Assembly: GCA_051362555.1 (NCBI GenBank)
Contig: CM120643.1
Location: forward strand, 2,294,001 to 2,358,000
Length of the DNA stretch: 64,000 nucleotides
DNA from: Lingula anatina
Taxonomy: Eukaryota > Animalia > Brachiopoda
Reading direction: 5' to 3'
Made by a program: the position numbers and the translations under genes. Below the pieces are notes generated by a model, which worked only from the letters and a program-made list of their open reading frames with translations, was not told where the DNA came from and searched no databases. Of the stretch, positions 26,701 to 39,993 are shown one piece after another. Numbering within the stretch: position 1 is the stretch's first letter; each line of letters begins with the position of its first letter.

Positions 26701-28033
26701 TTGAATATATTACTGTACATACACGTAGAATGTACGTCTTGCTGCAGTCGTATTTAGCTTCTTTTAACAACTGAGAAGAGATTGCCTCTATGAATGATAT
26801 TATTTTGTCTCTTGCTGGCATCCGTTTCTTCTCCGTCAAAGAAAATTGAAAACTGTTTACATGAGCCTGAGCCTGAATAGGTACGAAAGACGTGCCTCTT
26901 TAGTCTTTTCTAGAAGAATGAGAAATAAATTTGGCCGAACATGTTATATAATAACAAAAGTTGACTTTCTGCACAGAATTTACATTAATTTTAAAATCTC
27001 TTAAAATCAAAATTGTAAATAATAAGTTATCTTTAACCCAAGCGGCGAAATAAAAAACTCAGCTTTTTGGGGGGGGGAAATTACCTACTGGAAAAAACTC
27101 ACATTTAATTGATACTTTTGTAAAAAAAAAAACAAACTCAAACTCAAACTCGATGAATTATGTTTATGGAAAGATATGAGAAAGCTCGTTAGGTTTGAGG
27201 ACGTGAAATGATAAAATATGGCTGAAAAAGCGAACTTTCATATTGAGGTACTTCTCCAAGAAGGCAGCCTGAGAAGGCTATCCAATGTAGAGCTTTCAGA
27301 ATCAAATTAGGTCAAGGTCGAGGTCAAACTAGGTCAACGTTGGCTTTACGAACAACAACTCTAGAAGAAACAACTGTGCAACATATTAGAGCATTGGATT
27401 TCATTGCTTTTGGCTACCATGGAAACATGCACTGGTTTATGACAAGAGAATTCAATTCAGAACAGATATTGTTCTTGTCTTAATCAAAAATGGAATCTTT
27501 GAAAACTTATTTTCTGCAATTATAGCATGTTGGATGTCAATCATACATGTCAGACCTCGTCTTTCTCAACTATAAGAAAATAGACTTTTGAAGGAAAACA
27601 ACTGGAAACCGTTGGTCGGATGTTTACAACGTTTTCTCAAAAACAAAAGAGAAAAGATAAAGAAAACTAGAAAAGCACTCAGAGAGCGCAGACCTCCGCG
27701 AAGGCAGCAAAGCCTCCATTCAATGCTGTTTCACCCCTAAATTTTCTATATTTTTGATTATTGATTATTGATTGATAATTGATCCGGATCATCGCCAAAA
27801 ACTAATCACTTCTAAGTTAACCCATTTCTGACCTACCCTGAAAATTCCATCGAAATTCATCCCTAACTTCTCGAGTTATGTTGATGACAAACAAAAAAAC
27901 AAACAAACAAACAGGGGTGGAGGTTATATGAAACTGAGAAAGGATAAGAATGAAGTGAATAAGAACAAAGAAAAAGAGAGGAAAAGGCAAAGAGGCAAAG
28001 AGTGCCAAATACCCCATCTGTGACACTGCTGTT

Positions 28034-28085
<52 letters not shown>

Positions 28086-31000
28086 AAGAAAAACCGTACA
28101 GTGTATCCTTGCAGGCTGCAGGTATGTCGGCTCTTACCTTTGATTTTGTCTGTGGTGAAGCCGTAGTCAGATTTGGCTACCACCGGCATACTTTGTCGTC
28201 TTGTAGTCTGAAAAAAAAAATAATAATAATAATAATGTTAATTTAGCTAATATTTACGTACAAAATATTTATCAGAAATTTGAATACCGACAAAGCTTTA
28301 AAAAGTAATTAAGATAATAATGATAAAATAGAATCCTGAATTTTATGATGAGAAATTACATATATATAATAAAATCAACCAATTCCTTGAATGACAAAGA
28401 TCACATTTCATTCAAGGGTGTTTGAAATATAATAAGAATGTTGTTTAAATATTTTGATGCACATACAGTTTAAGTTTCACAAAATTATATTTCAAAACGT
28501 GGATACATATTTTAAGGCACCTTAAAGCCAGATTTAAATACTATAAGATGCGATTATGGTATTAATCGATTATATTTCCAAACGGTTTGAAGGCGACATG
28601 AAGGCAAATATTTTAATGACTAAATGGCCTCCAAACAGAAAAAGATGAAGCAAGCAGGACAAACTTTACAACATTTGACAATGTATTTAAGAAAAAAGAG
28701 CACACAGGCAGACGGTCTCAGACTGGGTTCCCATAAACCTATTGCACTAGCAGGATCGATCTAAGGGGAGGGGATTCTTGCTAAATTGCATTCAGTTTAA
28801 GAGGCTTAAATGTCTGTCACGCCCACTGAAGCTGCTAGGGGGTAATTAACTTTTTCGCACTTAAACTAAATGCAGTTTAGCGAGAAACCCCTAGGACATA
28901 GACCGAGCTTGTTAGTACCATGGGGTATGGGAATGGTCCCTTATATTTGCTTCAGATTACGATGACGGTTCCAATAACCACTAAAATGTGACTGATGCCA
29001 CGGGGTCTATACATTTTCAACAACAATTGTTTAAAATTAATTTACAACGAGTGCAAGACGCTGAACCAAGCCTTAAGATAAAGAACTAACAAAAATATCA
29101 ATAACATTTATACGACACCAAAATAAGAGGCCTATGGTCAATGCCGCCGCAAGCATTCTGTTTTCCAAATTGTGCTCTTTCCTGTGATGTTATCCAACCT
29201 GTTTTTGTTTTTCTTTCTATAGTAGCGAAAATGGTCTAGCTCGTTTCCATTTCCCCTTACTCTAGTTTCATAATGCTTCCAGGGTACATTCTGCTTAAAG
29301 TCACGAAAAATCATTTTATAAGTATATAGGTTCATTTTACGTGGCAGCGTCAGGCATTGTTATTTTCATTCCTACCGTAGTAACAGCAACGCGTTTGATT
29401 AAATAGATTTCACAACTGATTTCGAATCATTGTATCTTGAAAATTAAAAAAAATTGGCGTTCTTTGGACTTCTGTACCCTGGGCAATTATGGCCTTTGTT
29501 TGTGCTCAGCAGCAATGATTTTATCCAGGGGTCGATGGTATACTGAAAATGCATAACAATACGTTTGCATATTGCCAATAGAAATTGAAGTTTAATTGAA
29601 ATATGTCTGAGTCAACTGTTATTTCAGAAATTGAGTAATAGGTTTTATTTTGTGTTTTTTGCAACATTTAGACGCAAATGAAGTTCCTGGAGAAGGATGC
29701 TCTTATAATTTTATGACGGCATGCCCTTTACTTAGTTTTCCTTTCATAGGAAATTGGTGTCTACTTCAAATAGTATAATTACGATCCTTCAAAGGAGAAA
29801 TATTCTAACAAGTGAAAGGAAATAATACTAATAATAAAAATGCTAGAGTCCATACACGGCTGAGACCATTCCATACGCTACTGCAATGCTTGATATTGAA
29901 TCATGGGTGTTATAGCCCGAATATAAGAAGAAATGGGCTTTTAATGGAAGTAGTCGCAGTAACATTAAGAGGTGACACCATAATATTGCTATTGATTACA
30001 TGTAAGAATTTGTCTGTAGGGACCCGCACGGGATGACCACCTTAGAGCGACACGGCGAGTATGAAAAGTAGACTGAAACGTCTGTCAAAGCCAATTGCGT
30101 GCTTCACTGTGCGCCAAAACACAAATATTAAAAGCTTTACTTGGAAAATGCTTTTTACTGCAAGTAACGTTTTTCCTGAAGACTATCTATTTTCGGCTGT
30201 TCAAAAGTAGTTTCTAATAACACATCCTTAAAGTCAATAACCTTAAATGTCGTGTTATTTTTACTTACGTCTACTACATAATGCATTCAAAAACAACATT
30301 AAGTGGTACATTTGTATCCTTGGATGCAATAAAGAATATATTGTATCCTAAACCTTTGAAAACATCACACAAATCAAAATGGCTTTACGTTGCCTATTGT
30401 GTCTTGGTCTCTAAAAGCCAAAACTGAGGGTGGCAACGTCAATTGCATAAAGTCCACTTTCTCATCTCTCTTCCCTTAATATGCTAAATATGATATTTGA
30501 ACAATTGTAACTTCATCGAACCAGCAAGCAGCTAGGACAAAAGCACAGGAAAAGATGATGATTAAAAACGTAAATTGACGTAAATAGACTGAGATAAATA
30601 ACAGAGAGGTGACTGACATAAAAGCAGATGACAGGGATTAGCTGGTGATAACAGCTGTTCGAGTGCCTCCAAGTTGTTCTACATATATTCACGCACACCA
30701 TACCCAGAGATATACTGTATACAAATATAATAACTTGTATTTGTCTAAGCTTTTGGTGCTTGCACATACTTGGAAGGTATGACTCGCATTGCAAAACACA
30801 CAAAAATATGCGCAGACAAATGAACAGACATGCAAAAACACATATAATACAAATCACGAAGTACTATCTAACTACTCCGCGTTATGCTTCAAGCGAGCCA
30901 GTGTCCCAAAGGTGTAGCCATCTTCTCATCGTTGGAGCCAATACATTCTTTTTATTAACATCTACCCTTGCTTCAAAATGGCAGTCCACAATACAGTGTA

Positions 31001-33468
31001 TATTTAGATTTAATTGGTAAACTCCCACAGTGTGAATGCAGCTTTTGTCAAAAAAGACAACTTGTACTAGTGACATTCAAGGTTCATGTATATGTACGCC
31101 AACGCATACTTGGAAAGGACAGGCCATAGAAGTACGTACGCAGGTGCCAAGCTTGTTTTGACAGTATAATTTGATTTTGAAGGCTTTTATTTAGCCGATT
31201 TCAACCATTTGTTTTAACGTTCTTGGCAATGTTTTTTGACTTAAACCAGGTCTAACCTGTTGTATTTCAGAATATTTCGATTAGACCTGTTTTAAGTCAA
31301 GAAAACATTGCCATTGAATTGAAATTTTGTTGTCATGTACGGAAGACATGATCTAAAGCAAAATTGGCCTTAAGAGCAAACGGTAAATATAAAAAAATAA
31401 GATAAAATAAATATCAATCCTGCCCGAAATGAAGCAGACGACGAGAGCAGAGTTCGCGGGATGAATACAACTTGTTGCACAGATATGTCGAGAAATCGAG
31501 GCGATAAAAAGGCTAGGTTGGTTATTTTTGCTAAGGTTGATCTAAAAAACTCTCCTTTTCTTCTTAACTTATTCCTGTAAGATATCCTTCGCTGTACATT
31601 CCTATATAACCGCCTATATCAGTCAGCATCGCGTATACCTACCGGTATATTAATTTGTTTGCCAAAGGCAGGCGTTCTACAATATTGATATTATTAACTG
31701 ACCCTCCGGGAACAGTGTCAAAGAAATTTCAAACTAATCAGCCGTATGTTCTAAAGCACTTGTTATTTTGCAGATGAAGGCTGCGGAGACCTTCTCATAA
31801 GTTTACAGTCTATAAAAGATCATTTATGTCATCCTGCCAGAGTTCTGCAACTACCATGAGACGGGGCAAACGCTCACTTGGTCTGGAATCCCCAGGATCT
31901 GTGTCACGGCTAAGGGGTCTTTCCCAATGGAACTGTCGGTCTACGTAGTTTGATCCAACTACGTTGGGACGCTCGATTACTTCAGATTAAGAGATGCCTC
32001 CTCCTTGAGATGGTTTAAGTACAGAAAAGCTGGTGATTGCACGAGAACGTTGGGAGACTTGTTTTAGATTCAAATCATTTAATTTGATTGCATTCAGCGA
32101 TAATCCCCGCGGAGTTGGATCGTTCTACGTAGACGGTTAGTTTCATTGGGAATGAGCCCAGGGGGGAATACCGTTGGCCCTTTTAACTGGATAAGGCCAC
32201 CTGCAGCTTTTGCACGTCTGGCTACGGCGTTGCCAACAAACAGAGCGGTACGTGGATTTGTTTGCCTGATGCAATAACCTTTGGTGGGCTGTTTTTGCAA
32301 AGCATATGCACTGTATATGCACTGTGCTTTGTGTTTTATTTTATTTATTTATTTATTTATTTATTTATTTGTATTTTATTTGTAAACAATTGTCTACGTT
32401 TTTGGTAGATTAAATTCACTTCCAATTACTCTAAGAAAACGTCTACAAGTTCCGATAATTTGCTCGATTTAATTAATATGGCTTCATATCCATACGTATT
32501 ATGCTTCATCCTTGATAAATGCGAACAATTCGTTTAAGGTTTCGTAGCTACAAATCTCTGCATATGGTGCCTGTATACAAGTAAAGAGATGGATGAAGAG
32601 CTTGACCCGTTTACTTTTCAATACCGATAAAATATAGAGAGTGATCTTAAACGGCGACTGGCTTAATCTTTCTGCAATGCACCTAACCAGTCTTAACAAT
32701 TAAGTACTAAAGAATCGAGATTGGTCTACTTGCTGCGGTAATGAGCGACGTCAATCACTGAGTGAAGAAAATAATAACCATTTCATCCCAGACAGCAGCA
32801 TTTATTTAACAACAAAATGGTGTTCTGGAAATTAGATTTAGCCGCAAGCGTGGGCAACATGCAGACCGAACAGACAAGCATCGGCTGCGGGAATTAATTG
32901 TTCTGATTACCAAACAAAATAGGAAACCTTATTTAAGAGTCGTTATTGAATCATGGCCATTTTTATCTTACATTGACGTGTTTACACCAAAGCATCGTCA
33001 CACATGTATTTATATACCGAACTAATGAACAATTAAGCATATCGTAAACTCACAGTATTCGTTACTGAGAAAGATTTTCCCTGACATTATGTAACTGTGC
33101 ACTACTTAAACTGAGGCTGCTCAGTATATGCAACGGTATTAAAAAACATACTGTTGTAATAGGCCTAGGAAAACCCATAGACGTGGCTTTATCCCTTCAC
33201 ACTTGTTGTTATATATCATTCATTTATTTTGTGCTATTAATCTACTGCGGTCGGCAGATCACGTTGCTCTATGTACCAGTTTATTAATCCTCCAAAAATA
33301 CATGTATGATAGACTACGTTGCTGTCGGTCCAAGGTGTCGCTGCAAATTGATTATCGAATGAAACAATATCACTTTCACGGTGGCTGGCACTTTCCAGCA
33401 GCAGAACCCTGCGTGTGCATTGAAGATGTTGCTCAAAGTCGAGGTTTGCGTATTGCGGGCTCTGTATA

Positions 33469-33553
<85 letters not shown>

Positions 33554-35483
33554 GAACACAGCAAAAGAAAATATCACGACTTGGATACAATTAAACAGCA
33601 TATCGATTTGGTGGGCGGGTGACGAGGTTTTACCACTTTCACACCAATTTAACACCAGAAACGATTATTGCTCTTTAACTGACCAAAATGCAGCTCAAAC
33701 CCAATATAGTCAAACGGCCTCCATCAGCACGCTGTATTAGGAGTAATTGAGATTGAATCTGATTACCCATGCGGCAGACCTCACGGAGTTATTGTAATGG
33801 GCGGTTAATATGATAGCTCAGTGACGCCAGGGACGCCGGAGAGATAAGAAACCGGGATCTGTAGCTCTAGGGCGACCAGGGACTTGCCACGCGGTATAGA
33901 GGAGAGAGAGGCATGTCAGGAGGCAAAGTTTGCAGTATGATTGCAGTAGTCTACTGCGCTGGAGTATCTACTGCGTTTTCTTGCGGGTGGCCAATAAAAA
34001 TCTTTCAGATTAGACACTGAATAGCTTCCACGCAGGGATTATGCAAGAAGCATTCGAGTGGGTCGGCCATATTTGATCCGCGGATCTGTTAGTGCGCCGT
34101 TCTGAATGCGCTCTGAGTGAAGCTATCAGCGAGGAAGACATGCACAGCCCAAGCTATGTGCCAGTGAGGTGTATGATTTGCGATTGTCACCTTGGTGGTT
34201 GCAATTGAAAAGCATATATACTACCGGTAGTTATTAGGCAGCTGAGAACAAGTTGCTTCCAGGGAAATTCCCGTTAATGACTTAGAATTTCCTTCATTTC
34301 CAGGACTCGTTGCTTTCAATTGCCTTTTCAGTTAGTTTGTTCTTTAAAGATTCATCGTAAAAGCTGTTCATATAATATGACACAATCGGTCTAAATCAAA
34401 TAAAAGACAATTGATTAACACTGAATAAAACAAGAGTTTTTTCAGTATGCATGCCACAAGTTGGTTCCGAAGAGTAATTGCTTCGATTTTTATTTCATGG
34501 GGCTTTAAAGCAGTTAACGGAAGCTCCCTGTGTGTGTGTACATGTGTGTGTGCGTTCGCGCGAGCGCGCGTGTGTGTGTTAGTGTGTATGTGTGTGTGTG
34601 TTGTCGGTTGTTTAAATACCATTAATAGGAGGTGCACTCAAAAGTATTATGTGGACGCAAAAACTACGTGTCAATGATTTCTCCTAAATATATATGGCAC
34701 GGGTGTTGAGATCTTGAATTTTAGTGTGCCTCAGATAAGACTCCCTACATGACACTGAATTTAATTTAAGCCCCCCTTTACACTGGACGGCGTTCTTTCT
34801 GCGTCCTTTTTGCGGCCATGAAACTGGCATCGCTATATGGTCGTAGTAAGGAGGCACAAGCATCGCTTTGGTTGCAGAATGAAAGCCCATTGACTTGCCA
34901 GTTGTCGGCAAGTAATGTATTATTATTTTTTAATCTAAAACTGGGCCGTACTACGGGACGCAGAGAGGACGCCGTCCAGTGTAAAGGGGGCTTAATTAGG
35001 GCATTCACTGCAATAAAGATCTAGGGGTAGGCCCATGCCACTCCCTTGTGAAGGGTTCGGCTAAATACGTAGCTGTGTTCTTGACTTGAATACCTTATAG
35101 AAATTAAGATTTAAAAAAAAACTCAAGGAGGTAATACATTAAACTTGCACATGTCTGGCCGAGGGCTGGCTAACCCATGTTGTCATGGTAACCAATGCTA
35201 TCATCTATGATTCAGATAATAGTTTTTCTTGGACGGTTCCTTCCTCGCGTACGGATAATAAAGCCCATGCCAAGATAATCAATACTTCTTAGTTGTACCA
35301 TCCATGTTCAGGGCCGGGTGGATGTGTAGGAGGGAGGTGGGAAGGAACGTGCATAGTTGGGTGCTTAATTAGCCAGGTCAGGATAGGGCAGCATCAGGGC
35401 GGTCACCGTTCATTTTCTTATTTTTATCTTTCTTCTAAAACTCCCAATTTCCTGCTAAACCAACTATGCCCTAGACTTACCAT
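1095..35483 (-). CDS. Calmodulin-like 4-EF-hand protein, 161 aa; join of 35481-35483, 28138-28207, 26072-26215, 2411-2586, 1540-1603, 1095-1123
   Basis: The spliced translation is [161 protein letters not shown]. It has four canonical EF loops. All junctions are GT-AG with compatible phases. The ATG-only first exon is the least certain part. Confidence 0.85.
1540..1603 (-). CDS. Calmodulin-like exon 5 (EF4)
   Basis: [21 protein letters not shown]; ttttccag acceptor and gtaaat donor. Confidence 0.93.
2411..2586 (-). CDS. Calmodulin-like exon 4 (end of EF2 and EF3)
   Basis: [58 protein letters not shown]; cccacag acceptor and gtgagt donor. Not in the ORF track. Confidence 0.93.
2895..2940 (-). 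other. Candidate 46-nt cassette exon with a stop in one frame and an ATG in another
   Basis: Pyrimidine tract plus ttatag acceptor; AAG|gtgtga donor. The phase-1 frame reads [14 protein letters not shown]. An internal ATG at 2916 is in frame with exon 4. Confidence 0.4.
3495..3588 (-). CDS. Alternative internal first coding exon ([31 protein letters not shown]) of the calmodulin-like locus
   Basis: agaaATGG start, CAG|gtatgt donor in phase 1 (compatible with exon 4), about 190 nt downstream of a TATA/Inr promoter. Confidence 0.65.
3775..3965 (-). promoter_or_regulatory. Internal TATA promoter
   Basis: TATATAAA at 3812-3805 with an Inr-like TCAGAT about 30 nt downstream (~3781). NRF1-like TGCGCATGC at 3822-3830, CCAAT at 3922-3926, CRE-like TGACGTA at 3944-3950 and palindromic TCTCGCGAGA at 3955-3964. 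Confidence 0.75.
11281..11519 (+). mobile_element. Non-autonomous Helentron-type (HINE-like) element
   Basis: Subterminal inverted repeats ACCTCCGCAAAGG and CCTTGGCGGAGGT, a TGTT microsatellite, and a 3' hairpin GCGCTCTCGGAGTGC followed by TTTTCTAGTT. Related copies at 27.7 kb and 46.1 kb. Confidence 0.75.
12528..12910. mobile_element. Composite MITE: outer TIR element with a second MITE family inside
   Basis: GGTCCATTCCTAATGTAACTATCGTTCTAC...GTAGAACGATAGTTTCATTGGGAATGGGCCC. The outer family recurs at 31914-32160 and the inner one at 60461-60626. Confidence 0.75.
13560..13860 (+). mobile_element. Degenerate Tc1-like transposase fragment
   Basis: [51 protein letters not shown] corresponds to the Tc1 motif QDNAxxH...WPSxSPDLNPIEHLWxELK. 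Confidence 0.75.
14676..14808. mobile_element. MITE with CAGG termini and 5-bp TSD
   Basis: CAGGGGCGGATTT...AAATCGCTCCTG flanked by CACAC on both sides. A decayed copy at 52518-52871 is interrupted by another MITE. Confidence 0.75.
17215..17375. mobile_element. MITE with CAGGGCCGTAGC TIR and 5-bp TSD
   Basis: TSD GACTC at 17210-17214 and 17376-17380. Confidence 0.85.
17398..17558. mobile_element. MITE with imperfect TIRs
   Basis: CATTCAGAATAGGGGACT...AAATATGG mirrored by CCATATTT...AGTCCCCCATTCTGAATG. Confidence 0.65.
23508..23782. mobile_element. MITE with CCCGCACGAAAA TIR and 2-bp TSD (EnSpm/CACTA-like)
   Basis: AT|CCCGCACGAAAA...TTTTCGTGCGGG|AT. Partial copy at 33927-33987. Confidence 0.75.
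25692..25852. repeat. Degenerate ~21-23 bp tandem repeat (CATGATGTTACCATGACATTA)
   Basis: Visible tandem copies. Confidence 0.75.
26072..26215 (-). CDS. Calmodulin-like exon 3 (EF1 and start of the EF2 loop)
   Basis: 144 nt encoding [34 protein letters not shown]...MDGD; aatag acceptor and gtgagt donor. Confidence 0.93.
27666..27927 (-). mobile_element. HINE-like element copy
   Basis: Reverse-complement similarity to 11281-11519. Confidence 0.75.
28138..28207 (-). CDS. Calmodulin-like exon 2 ([24 protein letters not shown])
   Basis: ttttcag acceptor and gtaaga donor; phase 0 to 1; leads in frame into EFEEAF. Confidence 0.85.
31224..31312. repeat. Short inverted repeat (hairpin, probable MITE core)
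   Basis: TGGCAATGTTTTTTGACTTAAACCAGGTCTAA...TTAGACCTGTTTTAAGTCAAGAAAACATTGCCA. Confidence 0.7.
31914..32160. mobile_element. MITE (same outer family as 12528-12910)
   Basis: TTCCCAATGGAACT...AGTTTCATTGGGAATGAGCCC inverted ends. Confidence 0.7.
33471..33550. repeat. Compound (TG)n(AG)n microsatellite
   Basis: Read directly. Similar tracts at 251-294, 8708-8754, 28034-28082, 37449-37570 and 42848-42883. Confidence 0.9.
34768..34993. mobile_element. MITE (Harbinger/Tourist-like)
   Basis: AAGCCCCCCTTTACACTGGACGGCG...CGCCGTCCAGTGTAAAGGGGGCTT in a TTAA context. Confidence 0.8.
35481..35483 (-). CDS. Calmodulin-like exon 1 (5'UTR ending in ATG)
   Basis: gacaaaATG|gtaagt with an in-frame stop upstream. 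An ATG-only first coding exon is the typical calmodulin arrangement. Phase 0 matches the exon at 28207. Confidence 0.6.
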
Positions 35484-38400
35484 TTTGTCTCGGTCGCTAT
35501 GGGTTGTACACGTGCCTTGCACCGGATACGTGGCAGCCGGGAACGCTTCCTATTCCAACCGCCTCCTGCAACCTGTTTTTTTGTCTTCGCCTCGCCTGGT
35601 CGGATGACAATGTATTCCTGATCCTGTTTCTTTTTTTCGTTTTTTTTTTCCTGAAGGCTTTTCTCAGAGCTCACAGTGTCTTGGTCTTCAACGTCTTAGA
35701 ACTTCTATTGGGGTTTCAATCCGTTTTACTTGAATCCTTTCCTAAATACCAATCTGTTTTGTGATGAATAACTTCTAAGTTTTTATTGTTTTTGTATTTT
35801 TTCCTTTTCTAATCCTTTCCCTGCCAATCTGTTTCGCATATAACTCGCTTGGTATTATTCCACTGAAATAACTTGCGTTATCTCAAGCCGTTTCTCCAGA
35901 TGATGATATTAAGTAGAACGACCTCTCATTACAAACACACGGTAGCCAGTATCATAACTAAACCTCCCTGAAATCTTGTAAGGTATTTGCTGGCTTTTAG
36001 CGCCAGGTGCTCTGACATACATTTGCCACAAACAGCGGGACGGATAGATATATATATATATTCATATACAAAAAGTACTTAACACGTGTTCTTTGCATCG
36101 GTACCATAGACATTCTATGTAATAAATACCTCGTCTTTGATGAAAGAAACCATTGCTTGTCTGTTTCTGGAATACCTCAGAAAAAAATGGTCTGCGGTGA
36201 AATGCCGGCTGAGAAAGTAAATATACCTTGTAACGAAAAGATCAAGATGATAGAGCAGAGAAGATGGTGCCTAATGTGAGTTATTTGGTTACCTTTGGCC
36301 CAAATCCTTTATGATAAACCCAACGTTGCCTCCATAAATCAAGTCATGCCGCTGTGAAGATATGTATAAATATATATGCATTATATACTTGTACCCAAAT
36401 AGGGCTAATAATCACGTTTTATAGATTAAATCGAGAGTAAGTCTTTAAAGAAAAATCACCGAGTCTCTTTTGTAGTACATGTACTTTGTTCAAGTGTTAT
36501 AATACCATTAAAAGCATGTTTATAGCTGTCCAGGAGCCTGAGAAACTCAATTCAGGAAACCAAAAATGATTTTTGCCCCAGAAACCCTACAATTACATCA
36601 CTTGGTGAACTTGGAGCTGTGTTTCAAGCATAATTGGATGTTTTGAAGATACCTTAAATGAATGTAACAGGAATTAAAAAAGCCAAGACCTTTAATTTAA
36701 GATAAGATCTCCAACCTGCAGTCCGACCTTAAGAGATCGAAGCATCCACCTGTGTGCTATTAACACTGTGCTATATCAGGTACATATGTAGACTGTACTT
36801 AGAGATCACAGCCAGGTGGTGTTTGAACGGATTAGGCACATTAAATATAGTAACAGAAACACAAGTTGGCCTCGTGTTCTGTGTAACCCCTATGTTGATT
36901 TTTTTTATTTGAAGTTCCATTTACCTCTTTTCAAATTGCAGGCTGGAAGACAAGGGAATGGAACAATAAAAATGAACATTTTTTCAACGATTTGAGAAAT
37001 AAATGAGACTTGAAACACAAAAATATCTGTTTGGTTTTATAAAAATAATAATATTTTTTTAATATGGCTCATTGCACATGTCATTGGAATCCACGGGCCC
37101 AGGCTTCCTAGATAAAGACGCGAGTAATAAGTGGGGAGGAGAAGGAGCGAAAGACCGCCACAGCTTTTGCTGATAATATTTTGTCCCCCCCCCCACCACC
37201 CCTAACACACACCCGTCCCCACCCCACTCGTGCATAAGAACGTGATTCTATATGGATATGTTCAATGTTCATGTGGAATACAGACAAGATTGACGTACGG
37301 CTAGATACTACACATGCCCATACACCGGGGAGATTGGTTAACTTGGCATGGCTTAGAATAATTTAATTCCCGCAAATTATGCGATTCTGCAGACCTTTAA
37401 TTGATTGGAGAAATTGGATTTTGGTTTCTATGTGCAGTGGTTCTCTTACGTCAATCCTGTATGTATGATGTGCGTGTGTGTGTATGTGTGTGTGTGTGTG
37501 TGTATGTGTGTGTGTGCATGCGTGTGTGGGTATGTGTGTCTGCGTATGGGTGTGTGCGCATGTGTGTGTGAATAAGAAAATCTCGCAATCAGAAAAAGAG
37601 GACAACGTTTCACAAATTCTTCACATATCTAGCCATATCTTTTTTTTACATTTTAACATGCTGTCAAATTAAATTCTACCATTAATATGTGTGTCTATGC
37701 ATTAAGGTTCCCACCACCGTTGTTAAATTGCGGTAAAGCGTTACAGGCACATTTCCTTTCATTCCGTGACATAAAATTCGGTTTCTCATATTGGCACAGG
37801 TGATCATGAAATGTCATTAAAACCCCGGAAGAAGTTGTGGTCACAAAATTTAATCAGTTCATCTAGATCAGTCATTTTCTGCACGACAGTGTATTATTAT
37901 TTCCACTCCATGTCTACGCCTTAGGAAATAGGTTCGTCAAAATCAACCAGTGCAAAGTCTTATCTCTCCCATTTAGTGGTTACAAACTTGTAACAGTTAG
38001 GGTTTTTTTTCCTAGTCTGTTAAATCAGAATGAAAAAATGTGCAAGTTGGCCACAATGTGGTTTTTAACCGAGTCTTGGTTAGTTTTGGCACAGTTAAAA
38101 TGATTCCAAGTTTATCTGTTATGGCACGTATGCCTTTAGTGTTCTGAGTCAGATAATCTTGCCAGGAATTCGATAGATAGTCTCATTTCAACAATTCCCC
38201 TGGCTTGTTTTAGCATTTTAGTTGATTCTAGGTTTATCTGTTATGCCACATATGCCTTTGATGTTTTATCTGAGCCAGAGTCATATTTCCCATGGATGCG
38301 GTAGATGTTCTTGCAGATATAGGCAATGGCACATTTTGCTTGCACATTTTGCTTGCATTTTTAATCTTCTCTCAAGAGTGACAGCGCTTTATTTAAAAGT

Positions 38401-38599
38401 ATTATATCAGTTCTGGTTTGGTATCGTGGCTCTTCGGGTTTTTCTTGGTTTGACACTGCAGTTGAAACGTGACAGAGAGTCCCCCATGATAGAGAGTCCG
38501 CTTCCCATTCATTTGTACAGGTAAACCTCCCCCTAGATTTTTCCCACTTACATGTAGGTTTACCCCAACCATTATAGTTGAATGGAGGGCGGACTATCT

Positions 38600-38748
38600 G
38601 GGTACCGTATCTCGAAAGCATCGCGCATTGCGACCGTGCGCAAGCGTCTCGATTCCATAACTCGCCCATACCTTACCCATATAATACATTGTAGCCTCTA
38701 CGTGAGATCGCTATACGCAGTACGCGATGCTTTCGAGATACGGGGCCC
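38600..38748. mobile_element. MITE
   Basis: CCGTATCTCGAAAGCATCGCG...CGCGATGCTTTCGAGATACGG inverted ends. Confidence 0.75.
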
Positions 38749-39993
38749 TGTTTCAAGGAGCCTCAGTTTCGTTACACCGGCATACTTCAAAGTTGTGGTT
38801 CTAAAATGACAACCAGCATTTTTTACTCTGTAGAACTTTTGTTTTCGTCCAATGCTTATTATTAGAGAAGCAAAGAAAATCCAGTATATATAATGACTAC
38901 GGTTATTGTAAATAGAGAGCTTTATATTTGACACGCCAGCAGAGAAAATATTCTCAGCATCTAGAACTGGGCCCTGCCATGCCTGGCTTGGTTTTTTTTT
39001 CCAAGATTAAAAAAGAGACACGTGAAGAGGCTTAGTGTGCTAATTCACTTGCATGGGATTTCGGATTTCACGTGGTTAGACGCAATATGAGGTGCTCCAC
39101 TTTTCAAGCGATTACGTACAAAAGTAATCACTGATAAATCCTTAAATATCAATTAATTCCATATCTTTGCTGATAGTGGATGGCAGCCCAGGAAATGTGT
39201 GGGATATCAGGCATATACGGTAACCATGCGAATTATACCACCTGCTGTACATTAAGAATACATATGGGCCAAATTCTGCATCAAAATAAAGAAAAAATTG
39301 TGATAGGTAACCAAAATATTACTTCAAATATGACATGTTACAACAGATTTATTATTGCGACTTACACGTTAAAAAAACTTGAAAATTGAGGTCACTTGCG
39401 GCCCATGATGACGAAATAGCGTCATGATGACGTGCGATTGCAGTGTATGTTATTTCCTACGGGAAGAACAGCAATGAAGAAATTTAATTGAAAAACGCAT
39501 TTCAATACACTGATAAGTCCAAATGAATAAGGTGAAGTTCACATTGGATATTAAAGTGGAAAACATCGAAAGACACGATCAAAATCGGCCAAATGGAGCA
39601 AGTCAGAAATCCGTCGATTTCAAAAACTGATATGAAAAGATGATGAAAGTAACTAAAATATCTTAATCTTCTCTGCTCAGTCAGACCGGTTATAACCCCT
39701 GCCGAATTTATTGGTTTATTCAGATAAAGTTTAATTTAACAGCTGATAATACGGAAATTGGCCAAAATCAATCAATCAGGTTGAGATAAATACTGCATGG
39801 TTTGGTTGCTTCATTAATCTTGAATCTGCCGTGTAATCTGCCATGTAATCCCTGACGGTAACAACTGGTTGCCTTGCAGCAATTTTTGTTTCAGCGATTA
39901 CAATAGAATGACAAGCAAGAACTGAAGCAATGATAAGAAAGCGGGTCTACAGTGGAAGAGGTTTGCCCCACTACAGTACACCTGTAACCAACC

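Noticed and set aside
35477-35674. 65-aa Lys-rich ORF as a calmodulin N-terminal extension
   Set aside because: It starts with GTG and reaches the donor in phase 2, which is incompatible with the phase-0 exon at 28207. More likely 5'UTR.
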